A stretch of DNA of 64,000 bases. It comes from Spirochaetia bacterium. Its GTDB lineage: Bacteria > Spirochaetota > Spirochaetia > DSM-2461. Location: assembly GCA_963668315.1 (NCBI GenBank), contig OY764216.1:3712001-3776000 (forward strand). Direction: 5' to 3'. A program made the translations under genes and the position numbers. Positions within the stretch are counted from its first letter, which is position 1, and each line of letters starts with the position of its first letter. Positions 1 through 8,988 of the stretch are shown in pieces. The notes beneath the pieces were generated by a model, which was not told the DNA's origin, ran no database searches, and saw nothing but the letters and a program-made list of their open reading frames with translations.

Positions 1-335
1 CCCACACTGAACTGAAAAACGTCATCGTTGTACTTGGCTCCCGTATTAATGACGGAAACACATTCCACGATTTTTCCCAGGGGAATACCCCGTCCTCTGT
101 CTCTGACGGCGACTTTCTCGCCGTCTACCATGATATCGATCCGTTTACCGAATCCCATGATATATTCATCAATAGAGTTATCGATGATCTCTTTTACAAG
201 TATATAAATTCCGTCATCCGGATTGGAACCGTCACCGAGGCGTCCGATGTACATACCGGACCGCAGACGTATGTGTTCTAAAGAGCTAAGTGTTTTTATC
301 TTGCTCTCGTCATAGACATTTTTCTTTTCAGCCAT
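1..335 (-). CDS. parE: DNA topoisomerase IV/type II topoisomerase subunit B, N-terminal part (runs off window)
   Basis: Manual translation [31 protein letters not shown]...[10 protein letters not shown]...RDRGRGIP...TGAKYND; GHKL ATPase motifs of GyrB/ParE; not in ORF track because truncated. Confidence 0.85.
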   Translation of the reverse strand, partial: MAEKKNVYDESKIKTLSSLEHIRLRSGMYIGRLGDGSNPDDGIYILVKEIIDNSIDEYIMGFGKRIDIMVDGEKVAVRDRGRGIPLGKIVECVSVINTGAKYNDDVFQFSV

Positions 336-341
336 GGTGCT

Positions 342-370
342 ATTTTATTCCTATTCAAAAAAATTGACAA
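342..370 (-). promoter_or_regulatory. sigma70-type promoter of parE, apparently leaderless
   Basis: TTGTCA-17-TAAAAT-6 nt-ATG on minus strand; no SD. Confidence 0.6.
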
Positions 371-447
371 GGGGATTTATTCTCCCGGGGGAGCCGGTGA
401 ACTTGGGCAGTTTCCCCTCATAACTCCCCGGAAGGGGGGAAGGAAGG

Positions 448-475
448 TTGAAAAAAACGAGGAGAGGGCTATAAT
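448..475 (+). promoter_or_regulatory. sigma70-type promoter of uvrD, apparently leaderless
   Basis: TTGAAA-16-TATAAT-8 nt-ATG(484). Confidence 0.55.
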
Positions 476-483
476 AGGGCCCT

Positions 484-2490
484 ATGGCAACAAAGAAAGT
501 CCGGTTGAATCCGGAGCAGAAAAAAGCGGTGGACACCATAGAGGGTCCCCTTCTCATAATCGCCGGTGCCGGCAGCGGCAAAACGGGTGTCGTCACATCC
601 CGGATAGCCAATATGCTGAATCACGGCATACCCCAGGCTTCCATACTGGCCCTGACATTTACCAACAAGGCCGCCCGTGAGATGGAAGAGCGGGTCAAGC
701 AGATAACGGGCAGCAAGTGCTCCAACCTGACGGTCTCTACCTTCCACTCCTTCGGCGTGCAGATACTGCGGAGGAAAGCCCACTACCTGGGGTACCGGCC
801 CAATTTTTCCATATACGATCAGAACGATCAGCTGACCTGCCTCAAGGAAGCCTCCAGGGAGCTCAAGCTGACCTATGAATTCCAGGAGCTCAAGGATCTG
901 GCCTTCTTCTTCTCCGATATAAAGACGGGGCGGAAACAGTGGGACAATACCAACGATCAGCACAAACCCCTGTATCAGGAATTCCTGGAGCATATGAAGC
1001 TTTACAATGCGGTGGACTTCGATGACCTGATCACCGTACCCATTCAGCTGTTTGAGCAGTTTCCCGATGTCCTGGCAGAATATCAGGACCGGTACCGCTA
1101 CATCATGGTGGATGAGTTTCAGGACACCAGTCTTCTTCAGTACCACTTCATCGACCTGATTGCCCGCAAGTACGGCAATATCTGCTGCGTGGGCGATGAT
1201 GACCAGTCCATCTACTCCTGGCGGGGCGCCAACTACCACAATCTCCAGCAGTTCGAAAAGGATTATCCCCACCTGAAGGAGATTAAACTGGAACGGAACT
1301 ACCGCTCCACCGGAACCATACTGGAAGCGGCCAACGCGGTTATCGCCCATAATACCAACCGGAAGGAGAAAGCCCTCTGGACGGAAGACACGGAGCACGA
1401 CAGAACCATAAAAATCGTCAATCCCGATGATGAGAGGCTCGAAGCGGAATTTATCATAGACCGTATCCATGAACTGCGGGCCAGCGACAACATAAAATTC
1501 GGCGATGTGGGGATTCTCGTCAGAACGAACAGTCTCTGCAAAAGCATGGAGGACTCTCTGCTGGCCAACAACATACCCTACACCGTATCGGGGGGCCAGA
1601 GTTTCTTTCAACGCAAGGAGATCAAGGACATTATCGCCTATCTGCGGGTCATCACCAATCCCGATGATGACGTCAATCTCCTGCGGATTATCAACACACC
1701 CCGCCGGGGCATAGGCAAGAAGGCGCTGCAGACGATTGTGGATACGTCGGAGCATCTGAAATGCTCCCTCTATAATGCGATCAACAGCCTTGTGCAGGGG
1801 CAGAACAGCGTTCTCAGGCCAAATACTCTGGGAGACCTCGGCGAATTCATCGAGCTTGTCGAGACCTATCAGGAACGATTTGAAGAGGGGCAGACAAATC
1901 TGGCCGCGGGAGTCAGAGAGCTTTACGAAAGCATCGACTACTGGGGCCATCTAGTGCAGGAATTCGCTGCCTCGGGCAACGAGAAAGCCGCCAAGTACCG
2001 TTTCGACAACCTCCTCCTCTTTGCCGACTTTCTGGAAAGATGGGAGAAAAACTCGGACAACATGGAACCCAGCCTGACCAAATGGCTGAACAGGATTACC
2101 CTTACCACCAAGGACGAAGGAGAAAGTGATAACGGCAAAGTCAATCTTATGACCATTCACGCCTCCAAGGGACTGGAGTTTGACCACGTTTTCCTTGCCG
2201 GTGTGGAAGACGGCATTATCCCCCATGCCCGCTCCGTAGCGGAATCCAAGGATATGGTCGAAGAGGAGAGGCGCCTTTTCTACGTGGCCATTACCAGGGC
2301 AAGGAAAAAGCTTTTCATTACCCACTGCCAGACCCGCCGGACCATGAACGAAACGGTGGAATGCAGCCCTTCTCCCTTCCTGGAAGAGATTCCCGTGGAA
2401 CTTCTGGAACATGTGGAAGATTCGGAATACAACATATCCGAAGAGGAAGCGGCCGACCGGGCCATGGCCAGCATGCCCTGGAACAACTGA
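484..2490 (+). CDS. uvrD: UvrD/Rep/PcrA superfamily 1 DNA helicase
   Basis: AGAGSGKT Walker A, LTFTNKAA, VDEFQD, GDDDQSIYSWRGA, NYRS, MTIHASKGLEF, EERRLFYVAITRA. Confidence 0.95.
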   Translation: MATKKVRLNPEQKKAVDTIEGPLLIIAGAGSGKTGVVTSRIANMLNHGIPQASILALTFTNKAAREMEERVKQITGSKCSNLTVSTFHSFGVQILRRKAHYLGYRPNFSIYDQNDQLTCLKEASRELKLTYEFQELKDLAFFFSDIKTGRKQWDNTNDQHKPLYQEFLEHMKLYNAVDFDDLITVPIQLFEQFPDVLAEYQDRYRYIMVDEFQDTSLLQYHFIDLIARKYGNICCVGDDDQSIYSWRGANYHNLQQFEKDYPHLKEIKLERNYRSTGTILEAANAVIAHNTNRKEKALWTEDTEHDRTIKIVNPDDERLEAEFIIDRIHELRASDNIKFGDVGILVRTNSLCKSMEDSLLANNIPYTVSGGQSFFQRKEIKDIIAYLRVITNPDDDVNLLRIINTPRRGIGKKALQTIVDTSEHLKCSLYNAINSLVQGQNSVLRPNTLGDLGEFIELVETYQERFEEGQTNLAAGVRELYESIDYWGHLVQEFAASGNEKAAKYRFDNLLLFADFLERWEKNSDNMEPSLTKWLNRITLTTKDEGESDNGKVNLMTIHASKGLEFDHVFLAGVEDGIIPHARSVAESKDMVEEERRLFYVAITRARKKLFITHCQTRRTMNETVECSPSPFLEEIPVELLEHVEDSEYNISEEEAADRAMASMPWNN

Positions 2491-3623
2491 TGGTATACGC
2501 CTCTTTCCAGAATCGGCTGAACCGCTTCGTCGTAGAGTGCCGCCTCGCCTCAGGAGAGGAGGTCAGAGCCCACCTCCCCAATCCCGGCCGCCTGTGGGAG
2601 CTTCTCTACCCGGGGGTCACACTACTCCTGGCCGACGGAAAACAGGGAAAGTACGCCTACGGCGTTCTGGCCGTTCAGAAGGAGGAAAAATGGGTTTACC
2701 TGCATACTCTGGGGAATAATGATCTGGCCGAACGGCTTTTGAGAAACCGGTCCGTAAAGGGACTGGAAGAGTACAATATCCTACGCCGGGAGGTGTCCCC
2801 CTCCGATTCGTCAAGCCGCTTCGATTTCCTTCTGGAGAGGGAGGGTGAACCCCTGTGGCTGGAAGTGAAAATGTGCTCCCTCTTCCAGAACAGAGCCGCC
2901 ATGTTTCCCGATGCCCCCACCCTGAGGGGGCAGCATCACCTGGAAGAACTGGCCCGGCTTCATGACCAGGGGTATCACTGCGCCGTTCTCTTTATTATCC
3001 AGGACCTTGAGGCTGATTTTTTCCTCCCCGAATACCACACGGATCCCCGTTTCGCCGAACTTTTCTATGAACTGCGCCGCAAAATCGACTACTATGCCGT
3101 GGGAACGGCCATTAATGCCGACTTGACCTGGAAACCGGAAGTAAAACAGGTACAGATACCTCTGGAACGGCTTCCCGGGAACAACCGTGACGAAGGAATC
3201 TACCTATTGCTGCTGGAACTGGAGAATGAGGAAACCGTGACAATCGGTTCACTGGGTGCCAGGAAATTTCCCGCCGGCTGGTACATCTATGTGGGATCGG
3301 CCAGAAAAAACCTGACGAAAAGGCTGGAAAGGCATGTCAGGAAGAGGAAAAAATACCACTGGCATATCGATTATCTCAGAAGCAGAGCCTCCCAGGCCAA
3401 AGGGATTCCCATACGGACTCAGGAAGAGGGAGAGTGCCTCTTAGCCTCAGAAATAGGCCGTATTTTTCCCGCTTCGGGACCAAAGCCTTCCCCCTCAACC
3501 GGCTTCGGCTGCAGCGACTGCTCCTGCGAAACCCATCTGTTCTATTCCCCCGGCAATCCGCTTGACAACAGGGCATTCATAGAAAACCTCCTCCGCTGGA
3601 GAATGGAAAAACCCCTCTCATAA
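2490..3623 (+). CDS. sfsA: SfsA (PD-(D/E)XK nuclease) fused to C-terminal GIY-YIG/DUF123-like domain
   Basis: Start ATG 2490 overlaps uvrD TGA. SfsA motifs RLNRF, HLPNPGRL, SRFDFLL, EVK, FPDAPTLRG. C-terminal GIY...YIYVGSA...RLERH...HWHIDYL...GFGCSDCSCETHLF. Confidence 0.85.
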   Translation: MVYASFQNRLNRFVVECRLASGEEVRAHLPNPGRLWELLYPGVTLLLADGKQGKYAYGVLAVQKEEKWVYLHTLGNNDLAERLLRNRSVKGLEEYNILRREVSPSDSSSRFDFLLEREGEPLWLEVKMCSLFQNRAAMFPDAPTLRGQHHLEELARLHDQGYHCAVLFIIQDLEADFFLPEYHTDPRFAELFYELRRKIDYYAVGTAINADLTWKPEVKQVQIPLERLPGNNRDEGIYLLLLELENEETVTIGSLGARKFPAGWYIYVGSARKNLTKRLERHVRKRKKYHWHIDYLRSRASQAKGIPIRTQEEGECLLASEIGRIFPASGPKPSPSTGFGCSDCSCETHLFYSPGNPLDNRAFIENLLRWRMEKPLS

Positions 3624-3652
3624 AAAAAGCCGGCTGTGAACCGGCTTTTTTT
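3622..3652. terminator. Bidirectional intrinsic terminator between sfsA fusion and lysS
   Basis: AAAAAAAGCCGG-ctgtgaa-CCGGCTTTTTTT. Confidence 0.85.
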
Positions 3653-3661
3653 ACGTGTAAT

Positions 3662-5242
3662 TTATTTCAGCAATGCTGCGGACTTCTCTTTACCGATGGT
3701 ATGGAGGAAGCTTATAAGCCTCGGCCCTTTCTCCTTGCCGATGAGAGCCTTGTAGACCAGAGTAAAAAACTCGGCGGATTCCAGATTACGTTCTTTCATC
3801 AGATCGTAAACCAGATTTCCCCACTCCTTCTCGGGCATGGTCCCCATAGTCTCTTCAATCAGCCTTCCCAGGGCCTGAACGGCTTCCCTGTCTGTATCAC
3901 TCATCTCGGGAAGGGGCGATCCCACCTCTCTCAGGCTGAACCGGAAATCCTCGGGAGCGTAGTTCTTTACCCAGAACCAGGCGCATTCCGCCCTGTTGCG
4001 GAATTTAGCCAGCTGGTCTTCCTGAATATCGCCGAGATAATTGATCACTCCCTCGATATCCCCGGAATGGATCTGAAGCAGATTGCATAAATGGCGGATC
4101 TGTATCTGGTAGGGCATTGTGGCCGGAACGTCCCTGACCTGGCTCAGTTCATAAATACGGGCCTGCTTTTCCCATTTTTTCATGGCCTTCTCGGAATCGG
4201 GCTTGTCAAAATAGGTTCTTTCACATTTATCGTAGTCCTCGTAAACCTTGAGGACATCCAGATCAAAACTGATGGCAAATTCCGAATTAGGTCTCGTTCC
4301 GGCGAAAAGAAAACGGATAACTTCCGGCTGATATACTTCCAGAACGTCTTTAAGGGAAACGACCTCACCGCTTGAAGAGGAGATTTTACCCGCCCCGCCC
4401 TTGATGCGTATGAAATCATACTGAAAAGTTACGGGAGGCTCATGGCCGAAAACCTCTTTTCCCGTCAGCTTGGCCGTGTCAAAACTGCCGCCTTCGGAGT
4501 GGTGGTCCTTACCGGCCGGTTCAAAATCCACGTCCTCTTCCTTCCAGCGCATGGGCCAGTCGATACGCCAGGGCAGCTTTACAGCGGGAGTTGTCTGAAG
4601 ATCCACCGTCTCCTTATGGCCGCATTCGCATTCATAGGATACGCCCCATTCCCCGTCCCAGCCGGTCACTTTGGTTGTATCCCTGTCACAGGCAGTACAG
4701 AAAACGGAAACGGGCCACCAGTCCTCGGCAAGAGGAGCGGTTCTGTGGGCATCCAGCTCACGGCGTATGGTATCGCGGTTTTCCAGGGCTTTTCTTATTC
4801 CCGGAGCATAACGGGAAGAGCGGTAACGATCGGCCTGATAGATATATTCCGGTTCGATTCCTACCAGGGGAAGAAGTTTTTCCAGATCCTTCTCATTCTT
4901 CCGGGCATAGCTGTCTTCCTCGCCCAGGACATCGGGAACCAGGGTAATCGGCTTTCTCAGGTAGGTCTCGAGGAGCTCCTGCTGAGGCATATTTTTGGGT
5001 ACTTTTCTGAATACATCATACTCATCCCAGGAGTAGATAAAGCGAACATTCTCACCTTTTTCGGCAAGAGCCCGTGCCACCAGCTCCACGGAGATGATCT
5101 CCCGGAAATTTCCGATATGAACAGTACCGGAAGGGGTGATACCGGAAGCGCATGTATACTGCGCCTTGGGGCCTCGCTCTCTTATAATCTTATCGGCGGT
5201 TACATCCGCCCAGTGGGTTGACTTGGGTCTCTCATTACTCAT
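3662..5242 (-). CDS. lysS: Class I lysyl-tRNA synthetase
   Basis: HWADVTA, SGITPSGTVHIGNFRE (HIGH-like), KLPWRIDWPMRW, FEPAGKDH, KISSSSG (KMSKS-like). Confidence 0.95.
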   Translation of the reverse strand: MSNERPKSTHWADVTADKIIRERGPKAQYTCASGITPSGTVHIGNFREIISVELVARALAEKGENVRFIYSWDEYDVFRKVPKNMPQQELLETYLRKPITLVPDVLGEEDSYARKNEKDLEKLLPLVGIEPEYIYQADRYRSSRYAPGIRKALENRDTIRRELDAHRTAPLAEDWWPVSVFCTACDRDTTKVTGWDGEWGVSYECECGHKETVDLQTTPAVKLPWRIDWPMRWKEEDVDFEPAGKDHHSEGGSFDTAKLTGKEVFGHEPPVTFQYDFIRIKGGAGKISSSSGEVVSLKDVLEVYQPEVIRFLFAGTRPNSEFAISFDLDVLKVYEDYDKCERTYFDKPDSEKAMKKWEKQARIYELSQVRDVPATMPYQIQIRHLCNLLQIHSGDIEGVINYLGDIQEDQLAKFRNRAECAWFWVKNYAPEDFRFSLREVGSPLPEMSDTDREAVQALGRLIEETMGTMPEKEWGNLVYDLMKERNLESAEFFTLVYKALIGKEKGPRLISFLHTIGKEKSAALLK

Positions 5243-5256
5243 AGAGAGCTATTATA

Positions 5257-6432
5257 TTAAAAGAACTTATCCAAATCAAGTAACATATCTACCATAACGG
5301 CAGAATGCCAGTCCATACCGGAAGAATTTAATCTCAGAGTCTTATCATCAAGAACAACTTTCCCCTTCCATTTAGTCAGAGTTCTCTCAAACAGGGACTT
5401 TAAGTCGGCCTGTTCCGAAAACTCCGTCAGGAGCGAAATATCCACACCCTGCCTGGTCCGAAGTCCCATCATGATAATTTCTTCAACCCTTTCCTTGGGA
5501 CTGACAGATTCGCGTCTGTAGAAAGATCCGGAGGATTTCAAATCATCGTCGCCGCCGTTGAGAAACCCTTCCAGTGTTCCGCCGGTAAAACGGTTTGCAC
5601 CATCCATCATGGAGGCGGCACCCGCGCCCAATCCGAGCCACCGTCCCGATTGCCAGTAGACCATATTGTGACGGGAATACCTGCCGTCACGGCAGAATGA
5701 GGAGATCTCATACCGCTCATAACCGTTACACCGAATCATTTCAAGCCCCTGTTCCCAGGCCTCCTCCATGGATTCGTCGTCGGGAAGAATATCGGTTCCC
5801 CTTTCGAGTCTCTGCGAGAGGGCTGTCCCCTCTTCCACAGTCAGCTGGTACAAGGAAAAATGGGGCGGTTCAAGAGCTAAAAGCTGCTGAAGATCCTGGA
5901 GCTGACTCCCTGCCGATTGTCCGGGATAGGCGAAAATATAGTCGGCCGACCATGTCCCACTCCACCCCTTAAGCATTCGGACGGCTTCCAGGGCCTGTTC
6001 CCTGCCGGCAAGCCGTCCCATCCGTTTCAGAATATTTTCATCCAGGGACTGAATCCCCATGCTCACTCTGTTAATTCCCAGGGACGCATAGGCTTCCAGA
6101 AGTTCAGGTGTCAAAGATTCGGGATTAACTTCTATGGTAGTTTCTCGCCCGTCAGAAAGGGAGAATCCCAGACTTTTCAATAATCTCCCCAGCTCTTCTG
6201 CGGGCAGCAGGGACGGAGTCCCTCCCCCGATGTAAAGAGTCGCTATGCCGGATATCTCGAACTCATCCCTTAACACCTTCCATTGGCGGATTAGTTTATC
6301 GGTATATGCCCTGTAGAGACTCTCTTCGGGAAGGGGTGCGGCGGAAAGGGCGCAGGAATAAAAATCACAATAGGAGCACCTTTTTCGGCAAAAGGGTATA
6401 TGAATATAGAGAGACGGATTAATGGATGACAC
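5257..6432 (-). CDS. hemW: Radical SAM heme chaperone HemW (HemN-like)
   Basis: LYIHIPFCRKRCSYCDF, YIGGGTPS, EVNP, RVSMGIQS, YEISSF, HNMVYW; probable GTG start at 6432 rather than 6561. Confidence 0.85.
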   Translation of the reverse strand: MSSINPSLYIHIPFCRKRCSYCDFYSCALSAAPLPEESLYRAYTDKLIRQWKVLRDEFEISGIATLYIGGGTPSLLPAEELGRLLKSLGFSLSDGRETTIEVNPESLTPELLEAYASLGINRVSMGIQSLDENILKRMGRLAGREQALEAVRMLKGWSGTWSADYIFAYPGQSAGSQLQDLQQLLALEPPHFSLYQLTVEEGTALSQRLERGTDILPDDESMEEAWEQGLEMIRCNGYERYEISSFCRDGRYSRHNMVYWQSGRWLGLGAGAASMMDGANRFTGGTLEGFLNGGDDDLKSSGSFYRRESVSPKERVEEIIMMGLRTRQGVDISLLTEFSEQADLKSLFERTLTKWKGKVVLDDKTLRLNSSGMDWHSAVMVDMLLDLDKFF

Positions 6433-7135
6433 CGAATTGAGAAAGGGGCCAGTAGACGAAAAGAAGTTTTCCCTTGATATTTTCTTCCGGCAGTATTCCC
6501 CAGTAATAGGAATCATTGGAATATCTTCTGTTATCTCCCAGAACGAAATATTCCCCGTCATTCAATGTCAGCTCGGGGAGATTTCCATTGAGCGGACCAT
6601 TATCGCTGGCGAAGCCGTCATTATTGTCGATCCGGACATCGTACTCCCTGTCGGAACACTCGAATTCGGTCAGAAAATAGGGCTCATCCTTCTTCTTGAT
6701 ATGGAGAATCCAATTTTCCATTTTTACCGTATCTCCGGGAACCGCCACAACCCTTTTTATCATATAACGGTTGACCCATCCTTCACGGGGATAAAAAGAG
6801 ACCTGAAGCTTCTGAAAAGTAAAAAAACCGACAGCCCGGTTCAGTATGTTAACAAGGAAATGTTCCTGCTCATAGAAGGGAGCTTCTATCAGAACCACCT
6901 CTCCCCTCTCCATCTCCTTGACTCTGCGAATGGGATGAAAGAGAGAGCATGACCCTTTTTCCAGAACCGGCTCCATGGAAACCGAACCGGCGCGAATGGT
7001 CGATATGACAAAGGAAGTAAAGGCTATGAAAATGACTACGCCCAAAAGGACTTTAAGTATTAGGATATTTCTCTTATGGATAGAACTCAATCTGTCCCGG
7101 GACGATAACCTGTGCTGTGTCTTGCTGAACGGCAT
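6419..7135 (-). CDS. lepB: Signal peptidase I
   Basis: Single TM, SVSMEP catalytic Ser, YMIKRVVAVPGD catalytic Lys, YFVLGDNRRYSNDS; SD AGGAG before ATG 7135. Confidence 0.9.
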   Translation of the reverse strand: MPFSKTQHRLSSRDRLSSIHKRNILILKVLLGVVIFIAFTSFVISTIRAGSVSMEPVLEKGSCSLFHPIRRVKEMERGEVVLIEAPFYEQEHFLVNILNRAVGFFTFQKLQVSFYPREGWVNRYMIKRVVAVPGDTVKMENWILHIKKKDEPYFLTEFECSDREYDVRIDNNDGFASDNGPLNGNLPELTLNDGEYFVLGDNRRYSNDSYYWGILPEENIKGKLLFVYWPLSQFGVIH

Positions 7136-7228
7136 ATACTCTCCTGAACATAGGGAGGATAACATAAACATCGAGTGAGAACAACTGAAAATGGACAGGT
7201 TCTCTTTTTTTTGATATACTCTTCAGTT

Positions 7229-7702
7229 ATGGCAATTAAATCAAAGAAAAAAGCGGGACATCTGGCAGAAAACAGAAAAGCCCGCTTCAATTACATTATT
7301 GAAGAAACACTGGAATGCGGCATCGTTCTCCAGGGGACGGAAGTTAAATCCGTTAAAGCCGGACACATCTCCTTTCCCGACTCCTTTGTCGAAATTTCCA
7401 AGGGAGAGATGTTCATCAAAAATCTCCAAATTACCCCCTGGGATTTTGGCAACATATTCAACCATCGAATAGACCGCTATCGCAAATTACTGGCCCATAA
7501 AAAGGAAATTGAGAGGTTGGAACGAAAAGTTAATGAACGGGGCTATACCCTAATCCCCTTGAAGTTCTACCTGGTCAACGGAAGGGTTAAAGTGGAAATA
7601 GGCCTCTGCAAAGGTAAGAAAGACTTTGACAAGAGAGCCTCCATCAGGGACAGAGATGTTAAACGGGATATGGACAGAGAGGTACGGAGAAAATATCTTT
7701 AA
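7229..7702 (+). CDS. smpB: SsrA-binding protein
   Basis: AENRKARFNY, ECGIVLQGTEVKS, RKLLAHKKEI, KGKKDFDKR. Confidence 0.95.
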   Translation: MAIKSKKKAGHLAENRKARFNYIIEETLECGIVLQGTEVKSVKAGHISFPDSFVEISKGEMFIKNLQITPWDFGNIFNHRIDRYRKLLAHKKEIERLERKVNERGYTLIPLKFYLVNGRVKVEIGLCKGKKDFDKRASIRDRDVKRDMDREVRRKYL

Positions 7703-7720
7703 AGAGTTTTTCCTGAGCTG

Positions 7721-7749
7721 TTGACAAAGAATTCATAATATTTTATAGT
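7721..7749 (+). promoter_or_regulatory. sigma70 promoter of tRNA-Val
   Basis: TTGACA-17-TATAGT just upstream of tRNA. Confidence 0.7.
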
Positions 7750-7762
7750 CTTCAAGCGTAAC

Positions 7763-7836
7763 GGAGGATTAGCTCAGCTGGTTAGAGTACTTGCTTGACA
7801 TGCAAGGGGTCGATGGTTCGAGTCCATTATCCTCCA
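7763..7836 (+). tRNA. tRNA-Val(GAC)
   Basis: GGAGGAT acceptor stem/ATCCTCC-A, D arm AGCTCAGCTGGTTAGAG, anticodon arm CTTGC-TTGACAT-GCAAG, T loop GGTTCGAGTCC; CCA not encoded. Confidence 0.95.
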
Positions 7837-7865
7837 CTTTTGTAATTCATTACAACGGAAGCAAT

Positions 7866-7903
7866 TAAAGGCATCGTTTCTCATAACGGTGCCTTTATTT
7901 TTT
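7866..7903 (+). terminator. Intrinsic terminator after tRNA-Val
   Basis: TAAAGGCATCGTT-tctcat-AACGGTGCCTTTA followed by T6. Confidence 0.75.
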
Positions 7904-7944
7904 ACTGAGAATCATTTTCAGATTAGATCAGGTTATAAATAATC

Positions 7945-7988
7945 AAGCACCGGACTCCTCAGGAGAAATCCCTCGGAATCCGGTGCTC
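7945..7988 (-). terminator. Hairpin at 3' end of che operon
   Basis: AGCACCGGA...TCCGGTGCT inverted repeat 30 nt below cheY stop; U tail weak. Confidence 0.45.
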
Positions 7989-8017
7989 ATAATTACGTCT
8001 ACTTCAGGCTGTTCCGC

Positions 8018-8452
8018 CTATTTACAGACGCTTACTACCCTTTCAAGCACTTGGCTTCGGTTCAGCGGCTTGACAATATAATTCTTCGCCCCGACCATGA
8101 GGGATTTTTTCACAAGATCCTGCTTACCGAGGGCGCTCACCATTATAACTTTGGCATCTTTATCAAATTCTATGATCTTCTCCAAAGCGGTAATACCGTC
8201 CATCTTAGGCATGGTAATATCCATGGTGACGAGATCTACATTGGGATAGAGTTCTTTATATTTTTCCACCCCTTCTTCGCCGTCGCCTGCCGTGGCGATT
8301 ACTTCAAACCCCTCGGAAGTGAGGATCTGATTTATCTGTTTGGTTACAAACATGGAATCATCCACGACCAGAACACGATAAGCTTTTCCGTCGGAATTGA
8401 CACCTTCCGGGTCTCTTTCGTTCAAAGAAGGAAAATCGCTATTCGTTTTCAT
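8018..8452 (-). CDS. cheY: Chemotaxis response regulator CheY
   Basis: Stand-alone receiver VLVVDDS, DLVTMDITMPKMDG, YIVKP; last gene of cheA-W-X-Y. Confidence 0.9.
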   Translation of the reverse strand: MKTNSDFPSLNERDPEGVNSDGKAYRVLVVDDSMFVTKQINQILTSEGFEVIATAGDGEEGVEKYKELYPNVDLVTMDITMPKMDGITALEKIIEFDKDAKVIMVSALGKQDLVKKSLMVGAKNYIVKPLNRSQVLERVVSVCK

Positions 8453-8468
8453 ATTCCCAAATGCTCCT

Positions 8469-8933
8469 TTATACCCGCTCTCTTATGGCTACGTTAATTT
8501 CCACCAAACCCTGGGGAACGCTCAAAGGAACAATCAGAGCCTCTACATTCATGTCCGACACCTGCATGTTGTCTCCGGTAATAATCGAAGGAGGGGTCAG
8601 GTCAAACTTAAAGCCAAGGTCATGAAGCTTCGTAACAGCCTGGCCCGTAACCATATTGGCAAGTTCCGTAATCGTGGCTTTCACAAGTTCGTCCATCTCG
8701 GTTAACTTCTCTCCGTTCATGGCGGAAGCAATACCCAGGGCAGACTCCTTTGACATATCAATAAGAACACGGCCCTCAACATCACCAGCTAAACCGACGA
8801 GGGCGGCTACGCCCATAACGGGCTGGGATGTTTTTTTTAAGTACAGTTCTTTCCTGACAACTTCTTCCTGAAGAACTTCCTTCATTATACTGAACGCTGC
8901 CTCAACAAAAGGATTAATGTATTCAACTCTCAT
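8469..8933 (-). CDS. cheX: CheY-P phosphatase CheX
   Basis: MRVEYINPFVEAA, GLAGDVEG, ELANMVTG (ExxN), TPPSIITG. Confidence 0.9.
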   Translation of the reverse strand: MRVEYINPFVEAAFSIMKEVLQEEVVRKELYLKKTSQPVMGVAALVGLAGDVEGRVLIDMSKESALGIASAMNGEKLTEMDELVKATITELANMVTGQAVTKLHDLGFKFDLTPPSIITGDNMQVSDMNVEALIVPLSVPQGLVEINVAIRERV

Positions 8934-8988
8934 TCGGTTCAACTCCTATCTATATTACTATTATATACAATTTACCGATTCTTACAAT

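Noticed and set aside
469..1950. 493-aa antisense ORF opposite uvrD, and similar shadows over lysS, flaA, the cyclase and MFS-HEAT
   Set aside because: Fully overlap well-supported genes on the other strand and lack recognisable domains
2361..2489. N-terminal extension of the SfsA ORF
   Set aside because: Lies inside uvrD; ATG 2490 gives a canonical SfsA start with stop/start coupling
3662..5242. Archaeal-type class I LysRS as recent horizontal transfer
   Set aside because: Class I LysRS is the normal form in many spirochaetes
6433..6561. Extended hemW N-terminus
   Set aside because: Overlaps the lepB catalytic region; HemW homology begins at LYIHIPFC
7703..8017. tmRNA next to smpB
   Set aside because: No GGGG..-type tmRNA ends or tag frame; the region holds only tRNA-Val and terminators
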